Assembly (NCBI RefSeq): GCF_964204645.1
Contig: NC_134026.1
Span: 24,524,150-24,588,149 of the forward strand
Reading direction: 5' to 3'
Length of the DNA: 64,000 nucleotides
From: Tubulanus polymorphus
Lineage: Eukaryota > Animalia > Nemertea
The notes below the pieces were generated by a model. The model did not search any database and was not told where the DNA came from. It was given only the letters and a program-made list of their open reading frames with translations. Within the stretch, counting starts at the first letter, position 1. Every line of letters starts with the position of its first letter. Made by a program: the position numbers and the translations under genes. Positions 1 through 14,054 of this stretch are shown piece after piece.

Positions 1-1015
1 TCTAAATGGTGTTTGGTTAGAAAAAAATGGTTATGTACACAAATTAGTTAGATGCCTGTCCCACAAATACAATTCATGAAATACACGTTTGATTATTACA
101 CCAACACTAGAAAATTCAGGCATAGCAGTTATTTTACTTAATCATCTAAGCACAAGGACAAAAGTTTCAAAGTGACTTTAAAAAAGCTATCCTGACTGAA
201 AAGTATACATATTTAGGATACACAAGTGCTATGACTGAAGTTAACCGGTGTAAACCCAACACAGAAATATTTTTAGAATCATTATTCTAAGAAACCACAT
301 CCAACCTCGACTGATGATATTGTTGTCTTTATCGTGATTATCACCACCGATTTTCAGCAGATCAAAGCTAGGCCCTTTCATTAACAAAAAAGAAAATACA
401 GAGGAAAAATATGTTAATACCAAATTTCGAATTCGAAGAAAAAGAAATACCATCGATTTCATCACATCATAACAGTTCTAAAAGGCTGGAATATTATTTA
501 GCGCTGATCAAGTGTGATCTCTCTAATAGAGAGCAATTCAACCTGCTAATGGATTTTCACTAATAGAAGGTATAGCTATGGCTTTCAACACTCAGATAAA
601 CCAGAGGGGAAATCGTTCATATCAAACCTTATGTTTAACGAAAATTACAATAGCAAAGTAGAAGGAATCAGAACAGAAAAAAAAACGAAAAAATCAAACA
701 AACAAAATATAATAGTTTTCAGAAACCCATTAGTGAAGGATAATGGTACAGTGACGGGGGTCATCAGCATCTTTCCACAGTTGCTGAAGGAAGTAAGAAT
801 ACTCCAGTTAAATCAATAGCCCATTTCCCGAGGAACAGTGTGCGATGATACAGGTCACTCCGTTCACAATATCCTGACTAAGATTTCCTGTGCAGACCCA
901 TAGACCTCGACCGACAAATATTAATGAGATAAAGATAATGTAACAGATTAATATTCAAAATGACAACACACAGGCTGGCACAAGCTTCCATGGCATGAGA
1001 TTCACAGTTAATTCC

Positions 1016-1037
1016 CACACACACACACACGCGCGCG
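1016..1037 (+). repeat. (CA)n(CG)n alternating purine-pyrimidine microsatellite
   Basis: cacacacacacacacgcgcgcg read directly. Confidence 0.85.
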
Positions 1038-1764
1038 AAATTGTGCATGAACCAAGAATCACTGGTACCAGGAATATTAATTCGATTTGATCAAACCTAG
1101 CACATCACCTTTTCCGAATACATGTACATCAATAAACAATTATCTGAACTTAAATGACGTTCGGAAAAATAACAGGAAAATGCTCTCAGGCTGGACAAAT
1201 TGAAAAATAAATTGTACAACAAGTATTACTTCATGACCAGTCAGACTGTCTTATTGTGCAAAAATGTATACAATTTGATGTGCTTTCGCAAATGATTCAA
1301 TAATTTTGACTGGAAATGAATGTAGGGACTTACAGCGGACAATCTTAAAATAAGGTGCACAAAGCCCAGCGGGTACAAAGTACAGATGCAACTGTACACC
1401 ATTTTAACGAGAGGAAAAGTGAATATAGCAAAACATAGACACATTTCAACTTTATCCATCACTCTCAACAAGCTTTCAATGCATATGTATTCAATCAACC
1501 GATGATATTTCTATCAAAGGCTTATCTAAGAAATATTAGGGCATTCATTCATCACTTTCTTTATGATTGCAACACTAGAAAAGAGGATGCTTATTATTGT
1601 GTTATAAAAGCATTTTTTTCTACAGATGCTTAAATTTTTGATACATAATCATATAGCGATAATTAAAACATCTATTCTATTAACCATAATTGAAAGTGAA
1701 CTAAATAAAGCGTGAGCAACTAAATAAATAAAGTAAATGTGTCCAGATTTTTGCATCTATTTAC

Positions 1765-4700
1765 ATCGTGAACCCCGGAGACCAGCTGGACTGCGACTCC
1801 GTTCTATAAACGGACTGAGCTTGTTCCAGTTATACTCATTATTTGTGTTGATAGGGACTTCGTCTGAAAACAAACAGACAACTTACAGTGAAGAAACATA
1901 AAAACTAGTGTGAAACATATAACCGTACATTAGTGTGATCAGTTCTGTGAGGCCACCAAAAAAATCTAACAACTCTAGCGTTAACAGCTTTTTCATAAAA
2001 TGTATACGGTACAAAAAGAATACAGCAAAGAATATGTTGAAAATGCTGGAACTACGCAAATATCATTGGAATGTAGGAAAAAATACATGTATGTTGCAAA
2101 ATTTCAATACTTTTGATTACTTGTAATTTCAAAATCATAACCTAGCACCTCAAAACTGGTATCAATGTTCTGAGAATGAAACTCGCGAATAATACACAAA
2201 TTCGATGAGAGTAATAGTAGTAATACCTGTACTTACTACTTTGGGAATATCAGGTCAACTGGTATTAATCTCAACATACAATATTGAAGAAGGTATCAAG
2301 CACTCCCTTTCACTAAATTCTTACAACCTCTAATACCAAGTACTGTACCATTCATTTATCAACTAATGTACACGTACAGACAACATATTTCAAATACCTG
2401 CATCTGCTTCCAACAGAAAGGAATTCTTCATCTAACCACTATGAATTCATGTAACTACTTACCCCCTTCTTTCCTTTGTTTATCAACTGAGACACTTTCC
2501 CTTCGTTCTTTCTTCACTTCTTGAGGAGTACCTTCATTACCGCTGCCACTTGCTGCAGTTGAAGCTTCAAACTCCTGAAAAGTGACGGGCCCTGAAAGAA
2601 ACGAATATTCTATATTTTACAAATTTCACAGAAATGTATAAATGATTTTTGAAGTTAAGTTGTCAGCTTTCTTGGCAAGGCATTGAAATGCAGGGAGGAG
2701 CAGTTGTCTGGGGGTAATACATAAATATGTATTTAGATAATCTTACCTGGCTTTTGTGTTCCTGTGGCTTTCGATTCAACGAATGTAGCAATTATTTGTT
2801 CAACTGTTAATTCGCTTCCATTCTTTTGAAACTCTTGCTGTACCTACATCAAAATATCGAGATTAGTCTCATAGACCACAAATCTTCATAAACCAAACAT
2901 CTATAACTCGAAACCGGTAACAATATATTTTTTTCATTCGGGACCCAGATCCAGTTTCTAGATTTGTATCTGAAGTTAGAATAACTTTGTCAAATTTATA
3001 TAAATAACAGTTGTCAACTTTTTAGTAAGTTGCACTTGTGGAGCACGGCCCATATATCATACATATGGATAAATCCATACCTGGCCTAAGGCTTCAAAGC
3101 CCTGTTCCCAAGCTTTAGTATAAGTATCAACAAAATCTTTCATTTGTTGTAAATGTGTTTCCTCTTCCTCCTGAAAATGCTGGGAAAGAAAAAAAAACTT
3201 CATCTTTTTAAAGAATTCTCCACTAGGAAGATGATTTCAATCTTTGACTGCGCGATAAAAATAATGGAGAATAATAGCACAAAATGTTAGAACTGGACCA
3301 TATGTTACACCTACTTTACATGATTCAGTCATCTTTCTTTCAAAATCATCTCGAACATTTCCATACTTTTCCACATAATATTTGTACTCATCAGCTGCAA
3401 ACAAGAGCCACTTAAGTTCTAAACAAGAGTCATATACTAACTAGTCGACAACTCATTGAATCAATGCCGTCTTTACGATAGACCGAAAATAAACTACCGG
3501 CAGGAAGGAACTTACTAGCTTTTTTAAATTTGGCTTCAGCTTTTTCAAGATCTTTCTGTTGGGCATTTTCTCTCTTCAATCGTTCAAGTTCATTACCTCT
3601 GACATTATATATTTCTTTACTCTGAAAAAAAAAATTCAGGTACTTTTTTATTTTTTTCTGACGGGTGGACAAGTTGAATTATATTCATCCCATTTGATAT
3701 GGATACTGTCAATACATCTTGTGTAGGCCTATATTCTTATTTCTAGTACCTTATGTAGACCAGCAGTTATTTGTTGTATTGACTGCACTGTTTCCAGGGT
3801 ACTGCTCTCTTTTAACTGAAATCAATACAGGAATGAATTATTCAAATGCATAACAGCTTATATGCCAAGTATTTTATCAGCACTTAATCCACTTCAAAAA
3901 AAGAGAAATAATGGGTTCCCCTTTTTTAAGGCCAAAGATTCATTCAAACAATCTAATAGTTGGCCTTATAATATCAAATCTTAATTAACAAAATAAATAA
4001 AAGCTTGTTCTATCTCCTCAGCCAGAATAAATAATTTCAGTATTTCTCACCAGTTTATGTCGCTTGTGTTGATCTTCGGAATATCGATGTACGTCTTTTA
4101 ATAAATCCTGCCATCGGTGAACTAGCTGTAAATGTAGACTCGATAACTTCTCAACCAGAGTCCGTAGGATCGGCCAAAATGTGGAAAAAGTCCTAAAATC
4201 AAAAATACATTTTAACATATTATACCGGATACAACTTATTTTTAATATAGAATTTATTATACACCAGTATTCATTGATCAACATTACCCCAATTGACTGA
4301 AATTTCCTGTTTGTTTTGCAAGTTTACTCAATAGCCGTGAATAATTCTCTTCTATGCTACAACTACAAAATACATAATATTTTGCATCTAAACTTTACAG
4401 ATCGAATAATTTTCAGCAGCAGAAATAGAATAATGACATGTATTTTGTACCTTTCTCTCAAGAAATCAGCAAATTCTAAACTGGACTTATGCCCATATTT
4501 CATATTATGGTACAGAACATCAAATCCATTATTTTTCTCCCCCTGAAATAAAAAGAATAATGTTTGATGCTTGTATACTTTCTATATCCAAAACAAGGAT
4601 AGAAATATTGTTTTAAACTACTCGTTAGATTATTTATTATATTACTAACTAATCAAACAAAAGAATTTCCTAAATTAATCTAATCATTGAGTATGAAATC

Positions 4701-5031
4701 ACACCCTTCCAACCGCAATTACCACATCAGGGACAAAAGGTAAATTTTCAGGGACACAACAAGGAAAAATGAAGAATTAAAACAATTTTCAGAGGGACAG
4801 TACAAATTGGTTCAGGGACAGCAATAGATTTCCATAGCATAAAACAGGACGCAATGAGGTATTTTCTGGGACTGTCCCTGATAATCGGGGACAGTTGGCT
4901 GTCCTGACAATCAAAGAACAGTTGGCAGCTCTGTAAAATTAATCAACTTCTCATCAATTTGTTTATAAATTCATACTGAGCTGAGAAACATCAATGAAGA
5001 TAACCACAGGTTCTCACAGATCCTTCACAAC

Positions 5032-5107
<76 letters not shown>

Positions 5108-5757
5108 AATGATGAAGGCCCTTCTCTAGCAGGCAGCCAATGTATGCATGTGTCTACTAGTTGAGAAATACTTGTTTCAATCCTTCAATTATTGTATAGG
5201 TTAATACAGGAAAGCTAGCTAGGAGCAGGGCTCAATTTCACGAAGGAAATAATGATGTCGCTATAATACATAAGTTGCTATATAAGTTGCTATAATACAG
5301 CTAGGTCTACTCTACTATTTCCAGGCTATGTGTATTGCCATTCATGACTTTATTGAGTAGGTCCAGTTCTTTATGCATTATTGCATTATTCAGTTATTAC
5401 TCATTCTTCTACTGTCGTGTCTCGACTCCTGTCGTGGTGAAGATGTCATACGAACAATCCTATACGGTTAATTAAACCAAGATCCCAGCGAACAAACAAA
5501 CATACACATTCGTTCGTTGATGCAATTGCGTGGTTTTGTCTTGGATTGGCTCCTACATTTGTTTGAATTTTTTAGGAATAACGTCAACGAGAGTGTATTC
5601 ATGATTTTTCTTTTGATGCAAACGCACAGAAATAGGCACTAAATGTACTGTTTTTTTTTAGTACGCATGATACTTAGACCTATGTAGACTATGAAGTTAA
5701 AGCGTACGGTGGAGAAAATAAAATACTTACCCAGAAATTTTCTGAGAAAATTGTCAT
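1765..5757 (-). CDS. FCHO2: F-BAR domain only protein (FCHO1/2-like), 5' part; C-terminal mu-homology domain presumably lies left of the window
   Basis: Exon 1 (5757-5731) reads MTIFSENFW|gtaagt. Following exons read [73 protein letters not shown] and [16 protein letters not shown]. This matches the recalled FCHO N-terminus (FWGEKNxGFxVLYH). The last exon I can support is 1863-1765; no stop codon was reached. Confidence 0.93.
4728..4933. mobile_element. Degenerate non-autonomous DNA transposon/MITE remnant in FCHO intron 1
   Basis: Multiple GGGACA subterminal motifs and two GACAGTTGGC-like ends (gggacagttggctgtcctg, gaacagttggcagctctg). The family assignment is inference. Confidence 0.5.
5032..5115 (+). 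repeat. (TGA)n trinucleotide microsatellite, about 27-28 units
   Basis: Near-perfect tgatgatga run in FCHO intron 1, interrupted once by taa. Confidence 0.97.
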
Positions 5758-5926
5758 TTTTGAATCATACACCCATCAACAAGATGGAGCCCAGTCTAAA
5801 TTAGTCTCTACGGCTATGGTTTTGTGCCAAGTTACTATACAGAGAGTGCAGAGTGGCTACTGATTGCCACAATAGTAGAGATTATATTCATTTCCTAGGC
5901 GCTAGATGTCGCTAGTGGTTGGCAAG
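5758..5926. promoter_or_regulatory. Bidirectional promoter between FCHO and RCHY1 with CTCF-like and YY1-like motifs
   Basis: Divergent ATGs at 5757 (-) and 5927 (+), 169 bp apart. CGCTAGATGTCGCTA at 5900-5914 resembles the CTCF core, and CAAGATGG at ~5780 resembles YY1. Confidence 0.7.
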
Positions 5927-7705
5927 ATGTCTGCCTCCACTGAAAAAAATTCTTCTTTTGGCTGTGAACATTACAAACGAAAATGTAGCCTAGTGGTGAG
6001 TCGATTTAAACCCAAATTATCTCTCTCGATTTCATATTGTTCTCTTTGATTTAAAGTAAATTTGAAAAAGGTCTTTTGGTTATTTGTAACGTGTTTTAGT
6101 GATAAATCAATAACAACCCACTGTCATGTCAACAGAAGTAACGCTAATTACCGAAAAAGGTCGTTTTCATCGTTGTCGGGTGGATTGATTTTTGAGTTTT
6201 CGTTTTATTGGTGATATATATGCTGTTAAATACTGCCAAATGTAAATTTAGGATTGTGTTAATGACCATTTAATGGTACTGTATGTAGCCTTATTTGTAA
6301 AAGTATAAAGAAACATAGTCCGAATACCAGTCAGTGGTTGTTACGGTTCCCGTGGAACGACGGCTAGGTACTAGACTAAAAGAAACAGTGCAGTTTTACT
6401 TGACTGATTTTTCCAGGCACCGTGTTGTGGACGGACATACCCTTGTCGCATATGTCACAATGATGAAGAAGATCATGAGCTAGATAGAAAGCATGTTGAA
6501 GAAGTTGTGTGTGGTGATGAAAAATGCAAAAAGCGGCAAATGGTAATAAGCAGCACTTAGATCAGACCTTAGCACTTAGATATTTCTCTTACCTTAAGTT
6601 TGAAATGAATTATTTAGGCCTATAGTAAGTTTTTGCTATAATTTATCATAGGCTATTCAAATGAATTCAACAAATTTCAGAAGTTAAATTTTCTATTTCA
6701 GATCCAAAAAACTTGTCAGGAATGTGGTATTATCTTCGGAAATTACTTCTGCTCTGTTTGTCGGTTGTTTGACGATGTTGACAAACAACAATTTCACTGT
6801 GATGGTTGTGGAATATGTCGTATAGGTGGCAAGGATAACTATTTCCACTGTATTAAATGTGACGTATGTCTTCACAATAACCTGAAAGAAAAACATAAGG
6901 TGAATATTGGTAAATCAGTTGATTGAGATGACATTTTTAACAAAGATGAATGCTTTTTATTTCGATTTTGAAATAATTTCAGTGCGTGGAGAAGGCATCT
7001 AGAAATAATTGTCCGGTATGTTTAGAAGATTTGCATACATCAAGAGAAGAGTGTAGTGTTCTTCCTTGTGGGCATCTTCTGCACAGGTGTGTTTCTATTC
7101 GACTGTAAAGATTACCCAACAACAGCATGATCTTAATACAATTCATGTGTTACAACAAATACTGAGTTTTAATGTTTTCGTTTCAGGCAATGTATGCACA
7201 ACATGCTCAAATCATGGTACGTATAGTAAACAATATCAAAAGCACTTGAGTTTGTATTGTTCTTTGTTTTGTCGATTCTTATGGGTTGATTTTTCAGTAA
7301 TTTTGGATGTGCAGTCTGTGGACAGTCTATGGTCGATATGAAAACTGTCTGGGAACAAATGGATGACGAAATTGAAAGTACACCCATGCCTGATGAATAT
7401 AAAGATCTTCATGTACAAATTCTCTGTAAAGATTGTCACAAGGTGAAAAAAGAAATGGTGCATTTTAGCAACCGAGTCTGTTAATTGTGAAGTAACAATG
7501 GAAAAGTATCTTTTATAGGAGAGTAAGGTACTCTTCCATGTAGTGGGATTAAAGTGCAAAGAATGTGGATCATACAATTCATGCAGAGCTGCTGAACCAA
7601 ATGATGGTAAATATTTGTAACTTTCAAATCGCTTTTGTTTTACACAGAAATGTTGTTCTAGTGAACTGATTCTTTTTCTTTACAGAGAAAGAGGAGTCGA
7701 GATAA
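5927..7705 (+). CDS. RCHY1: RING finger and CHY zinc finger E3 ubiquitin ligase (Pirh2), 8 exons
   Basis: GCEHYKRKCSLV|APCCGRTYPCRICHND (CHY), YFCSVCRLFDDVDKQQFHCDGCGICRIGG (CTCHY), CPVCLEDLHTS...LPCGHLLH (RING-H2), ILCKDCH...FHVVGLKCKECGSYN. Stop TAA at 7703-7705. An alternative in-frame ATG lies at 5906. Confidence 0.97.
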
Positions 7706-8262
7706 CATTGGATTCTACCAATGTCTTAATGAGATTGGTGTGTCTTCCTTTCAAATGAACAAGGTTTTCCTAAGTTTGATTATTTTCGCAAACTGGATAA
7801 TCCCATATTTTAGATTTCTCTTCGTTGCCTCTGATCGGGTTAAACGGTCACAACAACTAAAATTTGTCATGATTTTTGGCAGATGTGTTAAAAGGTTTTA
7901 TTTTCTTCAAAAGTGTATTTTTATTGCTTGTAGCTAAGTAGACAACTAAGTAGAAAATTATGAATGGAAAATGTAAATAGAAAATTGCCTATTGTTCATG
8001 TGTTGAGAATTTTTGTTGATTTATTATTAAAGATTCTCGCTTCCTATCAAACATATGTTGGTTTTCCGTTTATTTTTGTTGTGGCTCAAGTCCTAGGTCG
8101 GTTTGAAACCGTTTCTTAGTGCATTCATATATGTACCGGTTTATGGACGTTGTGTCTGGCCGCTGCGTCCATATTCCTTCTAGGGCAAGTGAGGACGGCA
8201 ACCAATCTAACTAATGGCGTTCACCGTTCTATGAAAATAATATTTACGATTGGTAGAATATT

Positions 8263-9699
8263 ATGGATAAAGTATGCGCTGTCTTTGGGGGATCTCGCGG
8301 AATTGGCAAGGCAATAGTAAAAGACTTTATGAATGAAGGCTATAAAGTAGCTGTCATATCCCGTAACTTGGAAACAATCGAAAAAACCGTCAGTGAACTG
8401 CAAGAGTTAGGTATGTCGTACTAAGTATCGAAACAAACCCACTAAAATATCTATTGTAAATCTATAACTAGACAAAAATGTGATCTTTTTAGTCAATGGA
8501 AAAGATGTAGTTCATGGAGAAGTTTGTGATATATCAAAGGAAGATATGATTCATAAATCGATTTCAAATATAAACAAGAAATGGGGAAATATTGATGTCC
8601 TGGTAAATTCTGCTGGTCAGTAGTATTGTTTTGATGTATTCTACATATCTCTACACTTCAAGCTCTTGGAGAATTTATTGATAATTAATTTAGATGATGA
8701 AATTTTTGCATTAATGCAAACATTTTCATTGCAGGTATCAATCAGGATAATTTGCTATTGAAAACTGATCTGAGCGATATGAATGAAATCCTTCAAACCA
8801 ATCTTGTGGGACCGATGTTGACATCAAAGATAGTTTTAAGGGGAATGTTACAAAAAAAGCATGGCACTATTATAAATATAGGTAAATACCATCAGTTTTA
8901 ACATACACGCCTGCATTGCAATTCAATTTATTTCTATCCTACTTCCAATATACAACTATATTTTTTGGGGAACTTTAGATGAGTATAAGTTGATTTTCTT
9001 TTATAGGTAGTATTGTTGCTAATACCGGAAATATTGGTCAGTGCGCATACAGTTCATCTAAAGCCGGTTTGATAGGATTAACTAAGAGTTTAGCTAAGGA
9101 GGTCGCATCACGTGGAATAACTGTGAATCTTGTAGCTCCAGGTAATAAAGATCTTCAACGAGAAAGATTGTTTAGGTCGAACCAATTCAGTATTAAGTTG
9201 TATAAAACTTTGTTCTTATATCATTAAATACTAACAGATTTACCGAATGAGAACATTCTTAAAATGTTTTTAAAAAGGTATAATGATATAACTGTTATGA
9301 TTGAATTTGCTGGTCCCATATTTGTTGTACCAATGTTCTATTTGTTACACCAAAATTCATAAAGACTAGAATTTTTGGTTATGGGAATTCAACATTTTCT
9401 GAATTCTGTTGCAGGTTATATATCTACTGATATGACAGCTGAAATGCAAAAGATAGGGCCTGCTAAATTAGCTATCCCTATGAAACGCTTTGGTAATCCA
9501 GAAGAGATTGCACAGACTGTTAGTTTTCTTGTTAAAGCACGATACATTACTGGACAGGTAAACCCAGTTTCATTGAACGGAATATTCTCTTTATTTACAT
9601 TGGTAATTATAAGTTCATTACATATGAATTTGATTTACAGCAGAGATGTATTATTTACAGGTGATAACAGTCGATGGTGGTCTAACACTCAGTGTTTGA
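8263..9699 (+). CDS. CBR4: Carbonyl reductase 4 / 3-oxoacyl-ACP reductase (SDR family), 6 exons
   Basis: [15 protein letters not shown] start matches the recalled CBR4 N-terminus. Also has LVNSAG, catalytic [20 protein letters not shown] and ITGQ|VITVDGGL. Stop TGA at 9697-9699. Confidence 0.96.
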
Positions 9700-10012
9700 T
9701 CAGTACGCAATATATCAGTGTAAGTCAAAGTTCATTAATTGAAATGTAATTTAACTGTTGATTGAAGTTACTTTCATCGTGTTAAGTACTCTGAAAATAA
9801 GTCAGGGGATTGCTGCTTGTATTTGAATAAGTTAAGTCAACATTCTCCGAAACTTTTCATGATTGCTTGTCAAACGAGATTATTTTTCATTCATTGTGAT
9901 GTATCATTTAGACAGCTAAGGATCTCCTTGTCTCCGAAACAGGTTCTCTGTCTTACTAGCTGCCATTATGAGTATATTTTCTTGGTTCACAGATTTGTAT
10001 GATACCTTGTTG

Positions 10013-13000
10013 TTAGAAGTTGTAGAAACCCAGTTTACTATTGTTGTTATTTTTGTCAGTTAATTGGATCTGAACCAGATTCGGTCTTGTGTTGGATGGA
10101 TTTCTTGCGAGTGGGTTTGATACGGCTTGTCTCTGGATGTTGTTTGGAGAATGGTTGTATTCCAGGCTCTGCGGTGGAACATAGTGCCACGTCTGTGGTG
10201 GCACAGATCCTGGTGGAAACTGCGATACAGTATACAATGGAGGCGGTGGAATCATTATGTTAACTGGTGGGAATACAGGTGGTGCAGAAAGGCTACCGAA
10301 TGGAGGACCTGGGGAGAATGCCCAGTGTCGATCTCCTGGTAGAATTGGTGGTAGCACTGGTGGTTGTTGTTGGGGCGGTCGTGGCTGAACTATTGGAATA
10401 GCTCTTTCTTGTGTAGAATTCACATTATTCCATATTCCATTACTTGAGAAAAGCTTAGTTCGAGATTTTAGATCATAATCTCTTGAAGTATCCGGCATTT
10501 GTTTAGCTGGACTTTGGTGATGTTGTTTTTGTGGTGTCCGTTGGAGTACTGGAGCTGATTTTGTAGGTGTAATACTAATATGAAGTCCAGTTGTAGGATC
10601 GATGAACTGCTTTTCCTTGTTACTGTCTTCTTGAACTAGTCTATGAACCTAGACAATAGAAAATTACTTCTGTAATTCTAACACTATCTTATCAATCTTC
10701 TATCACCAAATTTTCAAAGGCCATACTTGATATTTAAAATGGTCAGCAGCTGTGTAGTGACCATCATATTTCACTGGTAATGCATCACTTTGAACATTGG
10801 TCAATTCCTCGTCCTGGGTACTATTACTTATAGCTTGTTTAGCTTTGAATTGTTTCGATTTCTGCGGGGATTTTCCCTGACTCCACCGAGGTACGCTTTT
10901 ATAGTGCGAAGATGGACTGTATTTAGTTGGTTTCGGTGGGTTTATCGTACGCTGTTGAACCTGATGAACGATGAAAGAGTCCTTATTACCGATAGCCAAC
11001 ATGGAACATCGGTGTATAGGATATTATTCCGATGATTCATGGATTTGCAGAACAAAACATTTGGATAACAATTTGCCTCACCTTTGTGCTACTACCACTT
11101 GTTGTCCTTGAGACCAGGCAAGGAATTGGTTGACTGTAAGAGTGACTGGCATATTTTTCATTTGAGGTGGACCTAAAACAAATAGTGTCCGCTTCAATTT
11201 ATTTCAATCTATGGATGAGGGATTCAACTTAATTTGTACTTACTCTGATGTAAGACTGCTTAAAGATTCTGAATTACTACGGGCTGTACAAAAACTGGAT
11301 GTATCATTTCTACTTTCTGTCTCAATACTCGTTTGACAGGAACTGAAATATACAAATTGCATGGAGATGAATAGGAAAGATATTTTGCATAAACCTGAAA
11401 AATTACTTTAAAAAAGTATCTCGAGCTAACCCGTATACATCTGGATTTGATCTTGATCTACATGAACTAGAGCCTTTCGTTGATGTAAATGAAAGATCAA
11501 TAGCTCCATCTATCATAGATTCAGTGAGGGAGCTGTATGGTGTGCTCCTTTGCTGTGGTTTGAATTCCGGAAAACTGTGATCATTGGGCCACGCATTTTC
11601 TAACGAGGACATTGATTCCCTGAATTTGTTTGTCGTCGTTTCTGTAGATACATTTTTTCTTGGCGGACAAATTGGTCCCAGTGTCGTCGATGTGGATCGA
11701 TTCTTATCGAAGAAATCTTCTAACCACAACAAACGTATGTCGATATTCACCACACTGCGAATCACCTTTTGTAGATCTTCATCACCGACTTCCAATAACA
11801 ACGGGTTTGAACTGTACAAATCTGAACGCGAGACTTTCAGCGGTAGATGATCAGCACTTCTGTAGCTGTTATTGTTTCTGTTGTAGCAATCTGAATTGTC
11901 AATTTGAGGATGTGGAGTACTGTATTCGGTACAATTCAATGACTGCAAATGATTTCGATATGTTTCAGTGTGCTCTTCAAACAGTTCACTGATGTCGTGT
12001 CTACCAAGGAATAAGTTCACAATTTCAGGCCCAAGATTTTCTTGTGTATCAATTTTTCCCCAACATGTCAAACCTCTGAAATGACTAAGATAAGCAATTT
12101 GATGTAGAGATGACATTTAATGGAATAAAGTGATCCAGTAGACTCCACCCGGGTCGGATCCGATCAATTCAGATATCTGTTCAACTCAGATGTTTGTTGA
12201 TATATTTTTGTGAATCTGTTTATGAAATACATAACATCCAAATCGGATATCACTCCAAGTCAAGACACATTCTTTACGGTCCGAAGAGATCCAACTTGAA
12301 TGGAGTCTATAACTGGCCTAGTTCATATCTCAATCTTACATTCGTGGATCAAATGGATTGTTATAGTGCAAATGATCTTGTTGGTTTTTGTATGGATTCT
12401 GGTAGCCAACTGTCTTCATCAAGTCAGACTGATGCACGTTTACCTGTAGATTTCATAAAGAACGTTTTTTATTCATTTCTTTCCAGAAACAAGATCTGCG
12501 ATCAACAACACATGAAGGAATACACACCTCAGATTTTGTGCTAGATTAATTGCGAACTGACACATTTTTCCTTAAACTGTTTTGAACTGTTTTATAATAA
12601 CAAAAATATATGAAGTGTATTCTTGGTGTATTTTTGGTGCTAAGTTGAGTTGAAATTAATGAATGCCTTTTTGACTATGAATAATTAACTAAATGTCTAG
12701 TTGTTAGGATTTTAGTAATGGTTGTTATAGATAATTGGTTTTACACTTAGATACTATTAATTTGAAAACTGTGTGCGTGAATAGTAAGTCCATGACATTG
12801 CAAACATTTTAATTAAGATGCCAGTTATGCCACAATTTACTTGTAGCATTATTCCTTGCTAGTATTTTTGTTAAGAGTCAATATATCTATATCTTTAGAT
12901 TTTTCGCATAACACAATCTTGATGTTATGAGATGGTTGGTTTTCTTTAATACCATAACTGTTGAAGTAACCCTTTTCATTGAATGGACATACATGTACCA

Positions 13001-13948
13001 TTATTACCGTACTACAATGTATAACCATCTTCGAGTAAGAGTTTTTGCATCATAAGGAAAGAAATCTCCTAGCTTTATTGTAATAAGTAGCAATAATTTT
13101 ATAACTACGTTACTATCCTCTAAAACGGTTTTGTTTTTCATTTTATTTTGTTTCGCTTAATTTGTGTGCCATAATTCATGTCTATAACATGACTTTTCTT
13201 GAGAACTGTTATTTGTTTCTAATGTATGTGAAATTATGAATGTATTATCAGTATGATGATAAGTATTAAATTATTTAAGTATTTGACTATAAAAAATTCT
13301 GTTTTTCGTAAAATTCTTTTCGTAAATAATTAGTTTAATCCATTCTCTTACTGAAAGTACGTGCCTTATCGCCATTATTACCGAGTTGAATACCACCTTT
13401 GTCCGAAGGCGCATCAATGCCACTGTAATGAAAAAATATTTGCCCTCAAACAAAGAAACATTTGCCTTCAACTAAAAGGAATTTCTAAAGAGTCAAAATC
13501 TCTAAGAATAATAGTGCCCTTTCGAAACCCATAAAATCAAGGAATTTAGATTTTGAATCGACGACAGTTCTGAAATGTCTTACCCGACTGGGATGTCAAT
13601 ATTCGAACATTGATCGCCAATGAGGAAATCTAACGATTCCGGACGAGATAAGTTATGAAAGCACCTGTTTCTTTCTTCGGCAATCTTGTCCTCTCCCGGA
13701 TGGAGGAGTCCAGTACGAAACAGGAAATCTGTAGGTAGATTTTCCATTCGCTCCTGCAATTCTTTGGCCCGAACCCATAATCGGGCTTGTACGAAATCTA
13801 ACCTATCTGGTAATCGGCATTTCCAACATTGGTTCACTGAACACGTAAGCTGATATAGAGCATCCTCGAAGAGGGAGGATGGTGAGATTTGGTTTGAATC
13901 GGGAATGGTCTCTGATGTTGTTGTAAATTCTTGGAATGTTGGTGTCAT
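10013..13948 (-). CDS. Uncharacterised ~700-aa protein with possible folded N-terminus, Ser/Thr-rich middle and Pro-rich C-terminus; 6 exons
   Basis: ORFs 13580-13948, 11403-12116, 10703-11002 and 10013-10498 join in frame through phase-consistent GT-AG introns: GG|gtaag...tttcag|A at 12075, AA|gtaatt, GA|gtaagt, AAG|gtgagg...catcag|GTT and CAA|gtatgg...tctag|GTT. No family recognised. Confidence 0.75.
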
Positions 13949-14054
13949 CTTTTCGACTTATTTTTGATATTCCAAACTGACCCGGAAATGCGAAAAGCTT
14001 TGTGGGAAAAACGGCTGTAACCACCCATTTCTAAGGATACGACGAACCAGTTAT

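Noticed and set aside
11584-12544. Plus-strand ORFs antisense to the orphan gene, and similar shadow ORFs over RCHY1, MFSD9 and SLC43
   Set aside because: They are antisense or alternate-frame shadows of real exons with no independent signals.
12076-13583. Bicistronic or uORF model with ORF 13580-13948 separate from ORF 11403-12116
   Set aside because: A phase-2 acceptor (tttcag|A at 12075) fuses them into one reading frame, which is the simpler model.
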